Shown here: piece by piece, positions 7,041 to 15,171 of the stretch | Layout: each line of letters starts with the position of its first letter | Position numbering within the stretch: position 1 is the first letter of the stretch | Source: Allobaculum fili | Lineage (GTDB): Bacteria > Bacillota_I > Bacilli_A > Erysipelotrichales > Erysipelotrichaceae | Assembly (NCBI RefSeq): GCF_020969955.1 | Contig: NZ_JAHDSX010000026.1 | Span: 1-32,000 of the forward strand | Direction of reading: 5' to 3' | DNA: 32,000 nucleotides | The notes under the pieces: generated by a model | Database searches by the model: none | Told to the model about the DNA's origin: nothing | Seen by the model: the letters and a program-made list of their open reading frames with translations, nothing else | Position numbers and translations under genes: made by a program

Positions 7041-7149
7041 CATGACTTTAGTGAACAAAAGTAAAAACGAAAACGCTATTTTCAGCATGCCGCTCAAACA
7101 AACCCGGCATGCTTTTTCATTGCCCACAGGGGCGGGAGGAAATGTATGA
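7036..7149 (+). CDS. candidate 37-codon leader ORF (MVMTLVNKSKNENAIFSMPLKQTRHAFSLPTGAGGNV)
   Basis: GGAGGA (7022-7027) lies 8 nt before ATG7036. The ORF crosses the terminator hairpin, and its TGA (7147-7149) overlaps the purE ATG (7146-7148). It has no recognisable family and could be fortuitous. Confidence 0.3.
   Translation: MVMTLVNKSKNENAIFSMPLKQTRHAFSLPTGAGGNV
7084..7117 (+). terminator. intrinsic terminator / attenuator in the purE leader
   Basis: AGCATGCCG (7084-7092) pairs perfectly over 9 bp with CGGCATGCT (7105-7113), with a 12-nt loop, followed by TTTTT. It lies 29 nt upstream of purE and before the purE SD. Confidence 0.75.
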
Positions 7150-7640
7150 ACGATAAAAAAGTCCTGGTTGTCATGGGAAGCCGTTCGGATCTGCCTGTCA
7201 TGCAGGCGTGTCTGGATCAGCTCAAGGCACTGGAAATCCCGTACGAAGTCCGCGTACTTTCTGCACATCGTACGCCGGATGCGGTTCTCGAGCTGTCGCG
7301 CACAGCGGCTGAGAAGGGAATTCAGGTCATTATTGCTGCTGCAGGCGGTGCCGCGCATTTAGCCGGCGTACTCGCCAGCTCGACCATTCTGCCGGTCATC
7401 GGCATTCCGATGCAGACTTCGGCATTAGGCGGCATGGACTCGCTGCTGTCCACCGTTCAGATGCCGGCCGGCGTTCCGGTTGCTACGGTTGCCATCGGTA
7501 AAGCCGGGGCGAAAAACGCGGCTGTGCTCGCTGGACAGATGCTGGCGCTGGCCGATCCGAAAATGGCCGAAATCATCACCCGCTTCAAGGAAGAGCAGAA
7601 AGCCACTGTGCTCGCTGGATCCGTTCTGGAGGAAGAATAA
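7146..7640 (+). CDS. purE: N5-carboxyaminoimidazole ribonucleotide mutase (class I PurE)
   Basis: VVMGSRSDLPVM, SAHRTPD and AAGGAAHLAGV match class I PurE (E. coli type). GGGAGGA SD upstream. Confidence 0.93.
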   Translation: MNDKKVLVVMGSRSDLPVMQACLDQLKALEIPYEVRVLSAHRTPDAVLELSRTAAEKGIQVIIAAAGGAAHLAGVLASSTILPVIGIPMQTSALGGMDSLLSTVQMPAGVPVATVAIGKAGAKNAAVLAGQMLALADPKMAEIITRFKEEQKATVLAGSVLEEE

Positions 7641-7644
7641 AGAA

Positions 7645-10600
7645 ATGAATACCCGCCGATTTATTCGCAAAAAACCGGCTTTTCAGGTCGAAAGCCGGTC
7701 GCTGGAAGAAACGCTGCGCACCGATCTCGGTCTGCGCGACGATTTCCATCTCGATCAGTACGTCATTTACGACATTTTCAATGCCGATGACGACGATCTC
7801 GCCCTTCTCGAAGGTCAGGTTATTGCTGAACCGGCAATCGACGAAGTGCTCGATCATGTCGATACCGAAGGCAAGTACACGCTGGCCATGGAATATCTGC
7901 CCGGTCAGTATGACCAGCGTGCCGATTCCGCCATGCAGTGTCTGATGCTGCTCAACAGCCGTCAGGATGTACGCATTCACTCCGGAACGCTGCTCGTCAT
8001 GGAAAACCTCGACGACAAGCAGGCAGAAGAAATTGAAGCCTACATGATCAACCCGGTCGAAGCCCGCAGGAAGAACATGGATGTGCTCGATGACTCCCAG
8101 AGCATCGACATTCAGGACGTACCGACCGTTGAAGGCTTTACCAAAATGAGCGAAGAAGAACTCGAGGGTCTGCGCGAATCGCTTGGTCTGGCCATGTCGC
8201 TCGAAGATCTCGTTTTCGTTCAGTCCTATTTTAAAGAGGAGGAAAAACGCGATCCGTCCCTGACGGAAATCCGCGTTCTTGATACGTACTGGTCCGATCA
8301 TTGCCGCCATACGACATTTGAAACCATTCTTCAGTCGGTCGATTTCAAAAACGATACGTTTGGAAAACAGATTGAAGACGCGTGGAACCAGTATCTGGAT
8401 CTGCGTGCCGAAACCGGACGGGAAGAAAAGCCGATTACGCTGATGGATCTCGCTACCATCGCCGGCCGTACGCTGCGCAAGCGCGGCAAGCTCGACGATC
8501 AGGAAGTGAGCGATGAAATCAACGCCTGCTCCATTGAAATCGAAGTCGACGTCAACGGAACGAAACAGCCCTGGCTGCTCATGTTCAAAAACGAAACCCA
8601 TAACCACCCGACCGAAATCGAACCGTTCGGCGGCGCCAGCACCTGCATCGGCGGCGCGATCCGCGACCCGCTCTCCGGACGCAGCTACGTTTATCAGGCC
8701 GTCCGCATTACCGGTGCCGGCGATGTTACCGCACCGCTTGCTGATACGCTCGAACACAAGCTGCCGCAGTCCAAAATTTCCAAAACCGCGGCCAAAGGCT
8801 ATTCCTCCTACGGAAACCAGATCGGTCTGGCGACCACCTACGTTGAAGAACTGTTTGATCCCGGCTATACCGCCAAGCGCATGGAAGTCGGCGGTGTCAT
8901 CGGTGCCGCCCCGAAAAATCATGTCAAACGCGAAAAGCCGCAGCCGGGCGATGTGATCATTTACATCGGCGGCGCAACCGGGCGCGACGGCATCGGCGGC
9001 GCGACCGGATCTTCCAAAGAACACAATGACCAGTCTCTGGATACATGCTCGTCCGAAGTACAGAAGGGCAACGCGCTTATGGAGCGCAAGCTGCAGCGTC
9101 TGTTTTCCAATCCGGATGCGACCCGTCTGATCAAGAAAGCCAATGACTTTGGCGCCGGCGGTGTTTCCGTCGCAGTCGGCGAACTGGCTGACGGCCTCGA
9201 TATTGATCTCGATGCGGTACCTGTAAAATACGCCGGCCTCGACGGCACAGAACTGGCGATTTCCGAAAGTCAGGAGCGCATGGCCGTCTGCATTGCTGCC
9301 GAAGATAAAGAAGCCTTCCTGAAAGAATGCGAAAAGGAAAACCTGAACGCCGTTCAGGTCGCCACCGTAACCGATACAAACCGCCTCGTTATGAAATGGC
9401 GAGGCGATACGATCGTCGATCTCGACCGTTCCTTCCTCGATACCAACGGTGTCCGTCAGAAAGTTGATGTCACCATTCTCGAAGGCGAAAGCGAATGCAA
9501 TCCATTCGTTTCCAGTGAGAAAACGCTTGATGAAGCGCTCGCCGAAGACAATACCGCAAACCAGCGCGGTCTTTCCGAAATGTTCGATGCTTCGATCGGC
9601 AAGAGCACCGTGCTCATGCCGTTTGGCGGAAAGACGCAGCACACTCCGGAAATCGGTTCCGTACAGAAACTGCCGGTACGCGGATTTACGACAACGTGCT
9701 CAGCGATGACCTACGGTTTTGATCCGAAGCTTTCCCGCTTCTCGCCATGGCTTGGCGCGCAGTACTCCGTTGTCGAAGCCCTCGCCCGTCTGAGCGCGCT
9801 CGGCTTTGATCCGCTCACTGCCCGTCTGTCCAATCAGGAATACTTTGAACGTCTCGGTTTCGATCCAGACAAATGGGGCTATCCGCTGCAGGCGCTGCTC
9901 GGTCTGGTCAAAGCCGAAATGGAATTTGAAACGCCGGCCATCGGCGGCAAGGACTCGATGAGCGGTACGTTCAACGATATTCACGTTCCGCCCACGCTGA
10001 TCACATTCGCCACAGCCGTTACCGATACCGATCATGTGATCTCTTCCGCCTTTAAGGAGCCGGGTCATCTGATTTATCTGGTTCGTCATATTCCTGAAAA
10101 GGACGGCAGCCCGAACTACGAACAGCTCAAGCACAATTTCGCCTCCATTCAGGAAGAAAACGAAAACGGCCATATCGCTGCAGCCCGCATCGTCAAGGAT
10201 GGCGGTGTCGGGGCCGCTCTGGCGATCATGGCGTTTGGCAACGAAATCGGCGTCAATGCCAGTGTCGACGATCCGTTTGGATTTGGCATCGGCTCGATTG
10301 TTGTCGAAACGACGGAAGACATCGACCGCGACAACTGGATTCTTTTAGGCCATACGACCAAAGCCCAGGACATCACGCTCAATGAAAAAACGGAAAGCCT
10401 CGCGCAGGCCTATGCCGCCTGGAGCGAACGCTACGCCCGTCTCTATCCGACTGAAGCGCCCGCCAGAACAGAAAAAGACGCACAGAAAGCCAAAGCCGTT
10501 TCAACCTATTCTTCTGAGAAGCGCTATTCCAAAGTGAAATACGATAAACCGCTCGTTGTCATTCCGGTCTTCCCAGGACAGAACTGCGAATTCGATACCG

Positions 10601-11355
10601 CGGAAAAATTCCGCCGCGCCGGTGCGGAAGTGCAGACGATCGTCTTCAACAACCTGGATGTCGATCACATTAACGAATCGATCGACATGCTGGCCAAAGC
10701 CATTGAAAAGGCGCAGATCTTCATGATCGTCGGCGGCTTCTCGCTGGCCGATGAACCGGACGGCTCCGGCAAGTTCATCGTTTCCGTTCTCAAAAACGAA
10801 AAAATCAAAAACGCGCTCGATACGATGCGTGCCAGCGAAGGTCTGATTCTCGGCATCTGCAACGGATTCCAGGCGCTCGTCAAATCCGGTCTGCTTCCGT
10901 TTGGCGATCTGAACAAAAACGGCGAAGAGCTCGCTACGCTTTTCCGCAACGACATCAACCGCCACGTTTCCCGCGTTGCGCGCACCCGCATCACCTCGAA
11001 TAATTCTCCGTGGCTGCAGGATTTCGATGCCGGCGACACGTTCTCGATCGTGCTCAGCCATGGCGAAGGCAAATTCATGGCCGACCCTGAACTGCTGCAG
11101 GAGATGATCGACAACCACCAGATCGCGACGCAGTACGTTGATGAAAACGGCGAACCGTCCATGAATGTGGAAGACAACCTCAACGGATCAATGCTCGCCA
11201 TCGAAGGCGTCCTTTCCAAAGACGGCATGATCTTCGGAAAGATGGGCCACAGCGAACGCTACGAACCGGGTCTGTTCCAGAACATTTCCGGAAACCGCGA
11301 TCAGGACATCTTCGCCAGCGGCGTCCGGTTCTTCACCCATAAGGAAAAAGACTAG
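7645..11355 (+). CDS. purL: phosphoribosylformylglycinamidine synthase, fused large form (PurS-like / PurL / PurQ domains)
   Basis: The 1236-aa product starts at ATG7645, preceded by GGAGGAAG. It has SDHCRHTTF and NHPTEIEPFGGA synthetase motifs and a C-terminal glutaminase domain (GICNGFQAL, HSERY). The in-frame extension back to 7480 overlaps purE and was discarded. Confidence 0.93.
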   Translation: MNTRRFIRKKPAFQVESRSLEETLRTDLGLRDDFHLDQYVIYDIFNADDDDLALLEGQVIAEPAIDEVLDHVDTEGKYTLAMEYLPGQYDQRADSAMQCLMLLNSRQDVRIHSGTLLVMENLDDKQAEEIEAYMINPVEARRKNMDVLDDSQSIDIQDVPTVEGFTKMSEEELEGLRESLGLAMSLEDLVFVQSYFKEEEKRDPSLTEIRVLDTYWSDHCRHTTFETILQSVDFKNDTFGKQIEDAWNQYLDLRAETGREEKPITLMDLATIAGRTLRKRGKLDDQEVSDEINACSIEIEVDVNGTKQPWLLMFKNETHNHPTEIEPFGGASTCIGGAIRDPLSGRSYVYQAVRITGAGDVTAPLADTLEHKLPQSKISKTAAKGYSSYGNQIGLATTYVEELFDPGYTAKRMEVGGVIGAAPKNHVKREKPQPGDVIIYIGGATGRDGIGGATGSSKEHNDQSLDTCSSEVQKGNALMERKLQRLFSNPDATRLIKKANDFGAGGVSVAVGELADGLDIDLDAVPVKYAGLDGTELAISESQERMAVCIAAEDKEAFLKECEKENLNAVQVATVTDTNRLVMKWRGDTIVDLDRSFLDTNGVRQKVDVTILEGESECNPFVSSEKTLDEALAEDNTANQRGLSEMFDASIGKSTVLMPFGGKTQHTPEIGSVQKLPVRGFTTTCSAMTYGFDPKLSRFSPWLGAQYSVVEALARLSALGFDPLTARLSNQEYFERLGFDPDKWGYPLQALLGLVKAEMEFETPAIGGKDSMSGTFNDIHVPPTLITFATAVTDTDHVISSAFKEPGHLIYLVRHIPEKDGSPNYEQLKHNFASIQEENENGHIAAARIVKDGGVGAALAIMAFGNEIGVNASVDDPFGFGIGSIVVETTEDIDRDNWILLGHTTKAQDITLNEKTESLAQAYAAWSERYARLYPTEAPARTEKDAQKAKAVSTYSSEKRYSKVKYDKPLVVIPVFPGQNCEFDTAEKFRRAGAEVQTIVFNNLDVDHINESIDMLAKAIEKAQIFMIVGGFSLADEPDGSGKFIVSVLKNEKIKNALDTMRASEGLILGICNGFQALVKSGLLPFGDLNKNGEELATLFRNDINRHVSRVARTRITSNNSPWLQDFDAGDTFSIVLSHGEGKFMADPELLQEMIDNHQIATQYVDENGEPSMNVEDNLNGSMLAIEGVLSKDGMIFGKMGHSERYEPGLFQNISGNRDQDIFASGVRFFTHKEKD

Positions 11356-11628
11356 CCCTCCGCTGCAAACCTCGCTTGCGATAATCCACATAAAAAATAG
11401 AAAGAAAAGCTGCTGTCCTGCAGATTGCAGAATGCGTGCCTGTCCGATTTGAACCCGGATATCCGACATCGCAAACTGCGATCCCTGGCCGGCGGCTGGC
11501 CTGCCCTCCTGTCCGGCTGACCAAAGCGATCCATCCGAGCGATCGTCTTCTGGAGGAAATCCCGGACAGAGTAACCAGAAAAATTTCAACAACGAAACAT
11601 TCCTTCCTCACGGAATAAAGAAAGGAAA

Positions 11629-12666
11629 ATGAAAATGGCTGATCAATATAAAGAAGCCGGCGTCGATCTCGAAGCTGGCTACGACAGTGTCCGCCGCATC
11701 AAATCCCATGTTGCCCGCACGAAAGTGCCTGGCGCCATGGATTCCATCGGTGCGTTTGGCGGCATGTTTGACTTAAAGGCAGCCGGGTTCAAGGACCCGG
11801 TGCTCGTATCCGGAACCGACGGCGTTGGCACCAAGCTGATGATGGCCTTCGAAATGGATAAGCACGACACCATCGGCATCGATGCGGTTGCGATGTGCGT
11901 CAACGACGTACTCGTCCAGCAGGCGTCCCCGCTGTTCTTCCTCGACTACATCGCGGTAGGCAAAAACTATCCGGAAGTCATCGAAAGCATCGTCAAGGGC
12001 GTAGCCGACGGCTGTGAGCTTTCCGACTGCGCGCTGATCGGCGGCGAAACCGCCGAAATGCCGGACATGTATGACATTCATCATTACGACATTGCCGGCT
12101 TCTGCGTCGGCGCAGCCGATCGTGAAAACCTGCTGACCAATACGAAAGTCAAAGCCGGCGATATCCTGATCGGACTGCCGTCTTCCGGCATTCACTCCAA
12201 CGGCTTCTCGCTCGTTCGTAAAGTGCTGTTCAAGGACAACCACCTCGATCCGCACGAAAGCTTTGAAGAACTGGGCGGAAGAAAGCTCGGCGACGTACTT
12301 CTGGAACCGACCCGCATTTACGTCAAGCCGGTCAAGGCGCTCTTTGGCAAAGCGGATCTGCACGGCATGGCTCACATTACCGGCGGCGGATTCTTTGAAA
12401 ACATTCCGAGAATGCTTCCCGAAGGCCTTGGCGTTTCCATCGATCTCAATTCGTTTGAACGTCCGGCCATCTTTGACTTCATTGCGAAGCGCTCGACCAT
12501 TTCCGAGCAGGAACTGTACAACGTCTTCAACATGGGCATCGGCTTTGTGATCGCCGCTCCAGAAGAAGAAAAGGACAAAATTCTTTCCATCCTGGCTGAG
12601 CACGATCAGCCGGCGTATGAGATCGGCGAAGTGACGGATTCCGGAAAGGTTGAACTCCACCGATGA
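11629..12666 (+). CDS. purM: phosphoribosylformylglycinamidine cyclo-ligase (AIR synthase)
   Basis: [22 protein letters not shown] and GGETAEMP motifs. The second in-frame ATG at 11635 has better SD spacing and may be the true start. Confidence 0.94.
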   Translation: MKMADQYKEAGVDLEAGYDSVRRIKSHVARTKVPGAMDSIGAFGGMFDLKAAGFKDPVLVSGTDGVGTKLMMAFEMDKHDTIGIDAVAMCVNDVLVQQASPLFFLDYIAVGKNYPEVIESIVKGVADGCELSDCALIGGETAEMPDMYDIHHYDIAGFCVGAADRENLLTNTKVKAGDILIGLPSSGIHSNGFSLVRKVLFKDNHLDPHESFEELGGRKLGDVLLEPTRIYVKPVKALFGKADLHGMAHITGGGFFENIPRMLPEGLGVSIDLNSFERPAIFDFIAKRSTISEQELYNVFNMGIGFVIAAPEEEKDKILSILAEHDQPAYEIGEVTDSGKVELHR

Positions 12667-13241
12667 ACGCCGTCGTGTTCGCTTCCGGATCGGGCACAAA
12701 CTTTGAAGCCCTGATGGAAGCACAGAAGGACGGCCGCCTCGATGTGAAAATCGACGCGCTGTTTTGCGACAAGCCCGGCGCCTATGCGCTCGAGCGCGCG
12801 AAAAACTGGAATCTGCCGTCCAAATGCATCGCCTTAAAGGACTGCGAAAATAAAGCCGACTACGAACGACAGATTTTAGACTGGCTCAAAACGTACAATC
12901 CGGATCTGCTCATTTTGTCCGGCTACATGAAAATCGTCTCCGATACGCTGCTAGGCGCATATAAAGGCCGCATCGTCAATCTGCATCCGGCGCTGCTTCC
13001 CAGTTTCAAAGGGGCGCACGCCATTCAGGATGCCTATGAAGCCAAAGCGAAAGTGACCGGCGTTACGGTGCACTTCATTGATGAAGGCGTCGATACCGGT
13101 CCGGTGATCTTGCAGAAGGAAGTGCCGGTCAATCCAGACTGGTCCTTGGAAGAGCTGGAAACCGCCGTGCACGCTGCGGAATACGAGACGTTTTATAAAG
13201 GCATTAACGAGGCCGTAAAGATTCTTTCGGCAAAAGACTGA
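12663..13241 (+). CDS. purN: phosphoribosylglycinamide formyltransferase (folate-dependent)
   Basis: [25 protein letters not shown] and [11 protein letters not shown] motifs. It has a 4-nt ATGA overlap with purM. Confidence 0.94.
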   Translation: MNAVVFASGSGTNFEALMEAQKDGRLDVKIDALFCDKPGAYALERAKNWNLPSKCIALKDCENKADYERQILDWLKTYNPDLLILSGYMKIVSDTLLGAYKGRIVNLHPALLPSFKGAHAIQDAYEAKAKVTGVTVHFIDEGVDTGPVILQKEVPVNPDWSLEELETAVHAAEYETFYKGINEAVKILSAKD

Positions 13242-13266
13242 GTCTTCGAATAGAAATTCACAAAAA

Positions 13267-13292
13267 TTCAGGACAGAAGCGACTGTCCTGAA
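13267..13292 (+). other. intercistronic hairpin between purN and purH
   Basis: TTCAGGACAG pairs perfectly over 10 bp with CTGTCCTGAA, with a 6-nt loop and no following T run. Confidence 0.5.
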
Positions 13293-13327
13293 CAGAGATT
13301 GATTCGAGAAAAATAAAGGAGAAAAAA

Positions 13328-14860
13328 ATGAAACGAGCACTGATCAGCGTTTCGGACAAAACCGGTCTGACCGATTTTGCCCAGGGATTAAAAGATCTTG
13401 GCTACGAGATCATTTCCACCGGTGGAACCCGTCGGACTCTTGAAAATGCGGGCATCGAAACCATTTCGATTTCCGATGTCACCGGCTTTCCGGAAATTAT
13501 GGACGGCCGTGTTAAAACCCTGCATCCCGCCGTTCACGGCGCCCTGCTTTGCGTACGCGACAATCCGGAACATGTCAAAGCCATCCGCGATCTTGGCATT
13601 GAAGACATCGATTTAGTCTGCGTCAATCTGTACCCCTTTAAGGAAACGGTACAGAAAGAAGGCGTAAGCCATGCCGAAATCATCGAAAACATCGACATCG
13701 GCGGTCCAAGCATGCTGCGCTCCGCATCCAAGAACTACCGCTTCATTCCGGTTCTCTGCGATCCAGCCGACTACGACAAAGTTCTCAATGAACTGAAGGA
13801 AAACGGCGAAACGACGCTCGATACCCGTGAAAAGCTCGCGGCCAAAGTATTCCGTCACACTGCACGCTACGATGCGATGATCGCTGACTACCTGACTTCA
13901 CGTACCGGTGAAGAATTCCCGGAAAGCATGACGATCACCTTCGATAAAGTGCAGGATCTGCGCTACGGCGAAAACCCGCACCAGAAGGCCGCCTTCTACA
14001 AAGGCATGAAGCCGCAGTATTCGCTGGCCAACGCGAAACAGCTGCACGGCAAGGAACTTTCCTACAACAACATCCAGGACGGTAACGCAGCCATCGAAGT
14101 TCTCAAGGATTTCGAAGGCCAGAAAGCGGCAGTCGGCCTGAAACATATGAACCCCTGCGGTGTCGGCATCGGCGCCACGATCAACGAAGCGTGGGATAAA
14201 GCCTACGATGCGGACCCGGTTTCCATCTTCGGCGGCATTGTCGCGCTCAACGACGTAGTCGATGCGGAACTTGCAGACAAACTGTCCAAAATCTTCCTGG
14301 AAATCATCATTGCACCGGGCTTTACGGATGAAGCCATGGAAATTCTGACTCGCAAGAAAAACATCCGTCTGCTTGAACTCGACACCACCCTCGAGCCCAG
14401 CAACACCCTCAAGTACACGAACGTCAACGACGGTCTGCTCGTTCAGGAAATGGATACCCATCGCCTGCGCGTTGAAGATCTGACATGCCCGACAACCCGT
14501 AAACCGACCGAAGAAGAACTCGAACAGCTCCTCTTTGGCTGGAACATCGTAAAGCACGTGAAATCCAACGCGATCGTTCTCGTCAAGGACAACCAGACGA
14601 TCGGCGTCGGTGCCGGACAGATGAACCGTGTCGGCGCGGCGAAAATCGCCATCGAACAGGCCGGCGAAAAGGCGAAAGGTTCCGTTATGGCTTCCGATGC
14701 CTTCTTCCCGATGCCCGATACCGTGGAAGAAGCGGTAAAAGCCGGCGTGACCGCCATCATTCAGCCGGGCGGATCCATCAAGGATCAGCTGAGCATCGAC
14801 GAATGCAACCAGCACGGCATCGCGATGGTCTTCACCGGCATCCGTCACTTCAAGCACTAA
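13328..14860 (+). CDS. purH: bifunctional AICAR transformylase / IMP cyclohydrolase
   Basis: MKRALISVSDKTGL, TGGT and VKTLHPAVHGG-type motifs. 510 aa with an AAAGGAG SD. Confidence 0.95.
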   Translation: MKRALISVSDKTGLTDFAQGLKDLGYEIISTGGTRRTLENAGIETISISDVTGFPEIMDGRVKTLHPAVHGALLCVRDNPEHVKAIRDLGIEDIDLVCVNLYPFKETVQKEGVSHAEIIENIDIGGPSMLRSASKNYRFIPVLCDPADYDKVLNELKENGETTLDTREKLAAKVFRHTARYDAMIADYLTSRTGEEFPESMTITFDKVQDLRYGENPHQKAAFYKGMKPQYSLANAKQLHGKELSYNNIQDGNAAIEVLKDFEGQKAAVGLKHMNPCGVGIGATINEAWDKAYDADPVSIFGGIVALNDVVDAELADKLSKIFLEIIIAPGFTDEAMEILTRKKNIRLLELDTTLEPSNTLKYTNVNDGLLVQEMDTHRLRVEDLTCPTTRKPTEEELEQLLFGWNIVKHVKSNAIVLVKDNQTIGVGAGQMNRVGAAKIAIEQAGEKAKGSVMASDAFFPMPDTVEEAVKAGVTAIIQPGGSIKDQLSIDECNQHGIAMVFTGIRHFKH

Positions 14861-14938
14861 TCTTTACTCAACTTAGGATTCACAAAGACAGACCGGGCCA
14901 GACGAGGATTTGATCGCGGCCTGCTGCCTTTACCATTT

Positions 14939-14971
14939 ACACAGGGAACTGAAGCGTTCAGCTCCCTGTGT
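14939..14971 (+). other. long hairpin downstream of purH (weak terminator or RNA stability element)
   Basis: ACACAGGGA/TCCCTGTGT plus CTGAA/TTCAG helices with symmetric single-nt bulges and a GCG loop. It is followed by CTCTCATTCT, which is pyrimidine-rich but not a clean U tract. Confidence 0.5.
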
Positions 14972-15130
14972 CTCTCATTCTGGCCGTCTTCCATCGTCTT
15001 TCCGGACAAATTTCCAAAGCGAAACCGGGAGAAAACCAGAGGTGAGAAGAGAGTCTCCAGAACAGAGTGTCTGATCTGAATGAAAACCAGACCGTCCCGC
15101 GTTCTGGCGGAGCGGTTAAAATGAAAACTT

Positions 15131-15149
15131 ATCTGCAGTTTCTGCAGAT
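15131..15149 (+). other. perfect inverted repeat ATCTGCAG-TTT-CTGCAGAT upstream of the purD SD
   Basis: 8-bp arms with a 3-nt spacer, ending 12 nt before the purD SD (GAGGTGA). Confidence 0.5.
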
Positions 15150-15171
15150 CCTGCTAATATGAGGTGATTTT

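Noticed and set aside
7480-7644. Upstream extension of the purL ORF to 7480 given by the ORF track
   Set aside because: The extension overlaps the last 160 nt of purE in another frame and encodes an Arg/Trp/Cys-rich peptide. ATG7645 follows the purE stop and a GGAGGAAG SD and begins a typical FGAM-synthase N-terminus.
7585-9642. 685-aa minus-strand ORF, plus several 80-150-aa ORFs, inside purL
   Set aside because: It is antisense or off-frame to a complete, motif-bearing purL. The composition (Gly/Ala/Arg/Phe runs) mirrors purL codon bias, so it is a shadow ORF.
6236-15171. Canonical purine (guanine/adenine), ZTP (pfl) or ykkC/PRPP riboswitches in the purC, purE, purM, purH and purD upstream regions
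   Set aside because: By eye, the conserved cores are absent on the relevant strands. Only weak partial resemblances appear (GGUUUACCGG near 6515 on the minus strand, GGAGGAAAUCCCGGACAGAG at 11552-11571). This is a visual search only and should be confirmed with covariance models.
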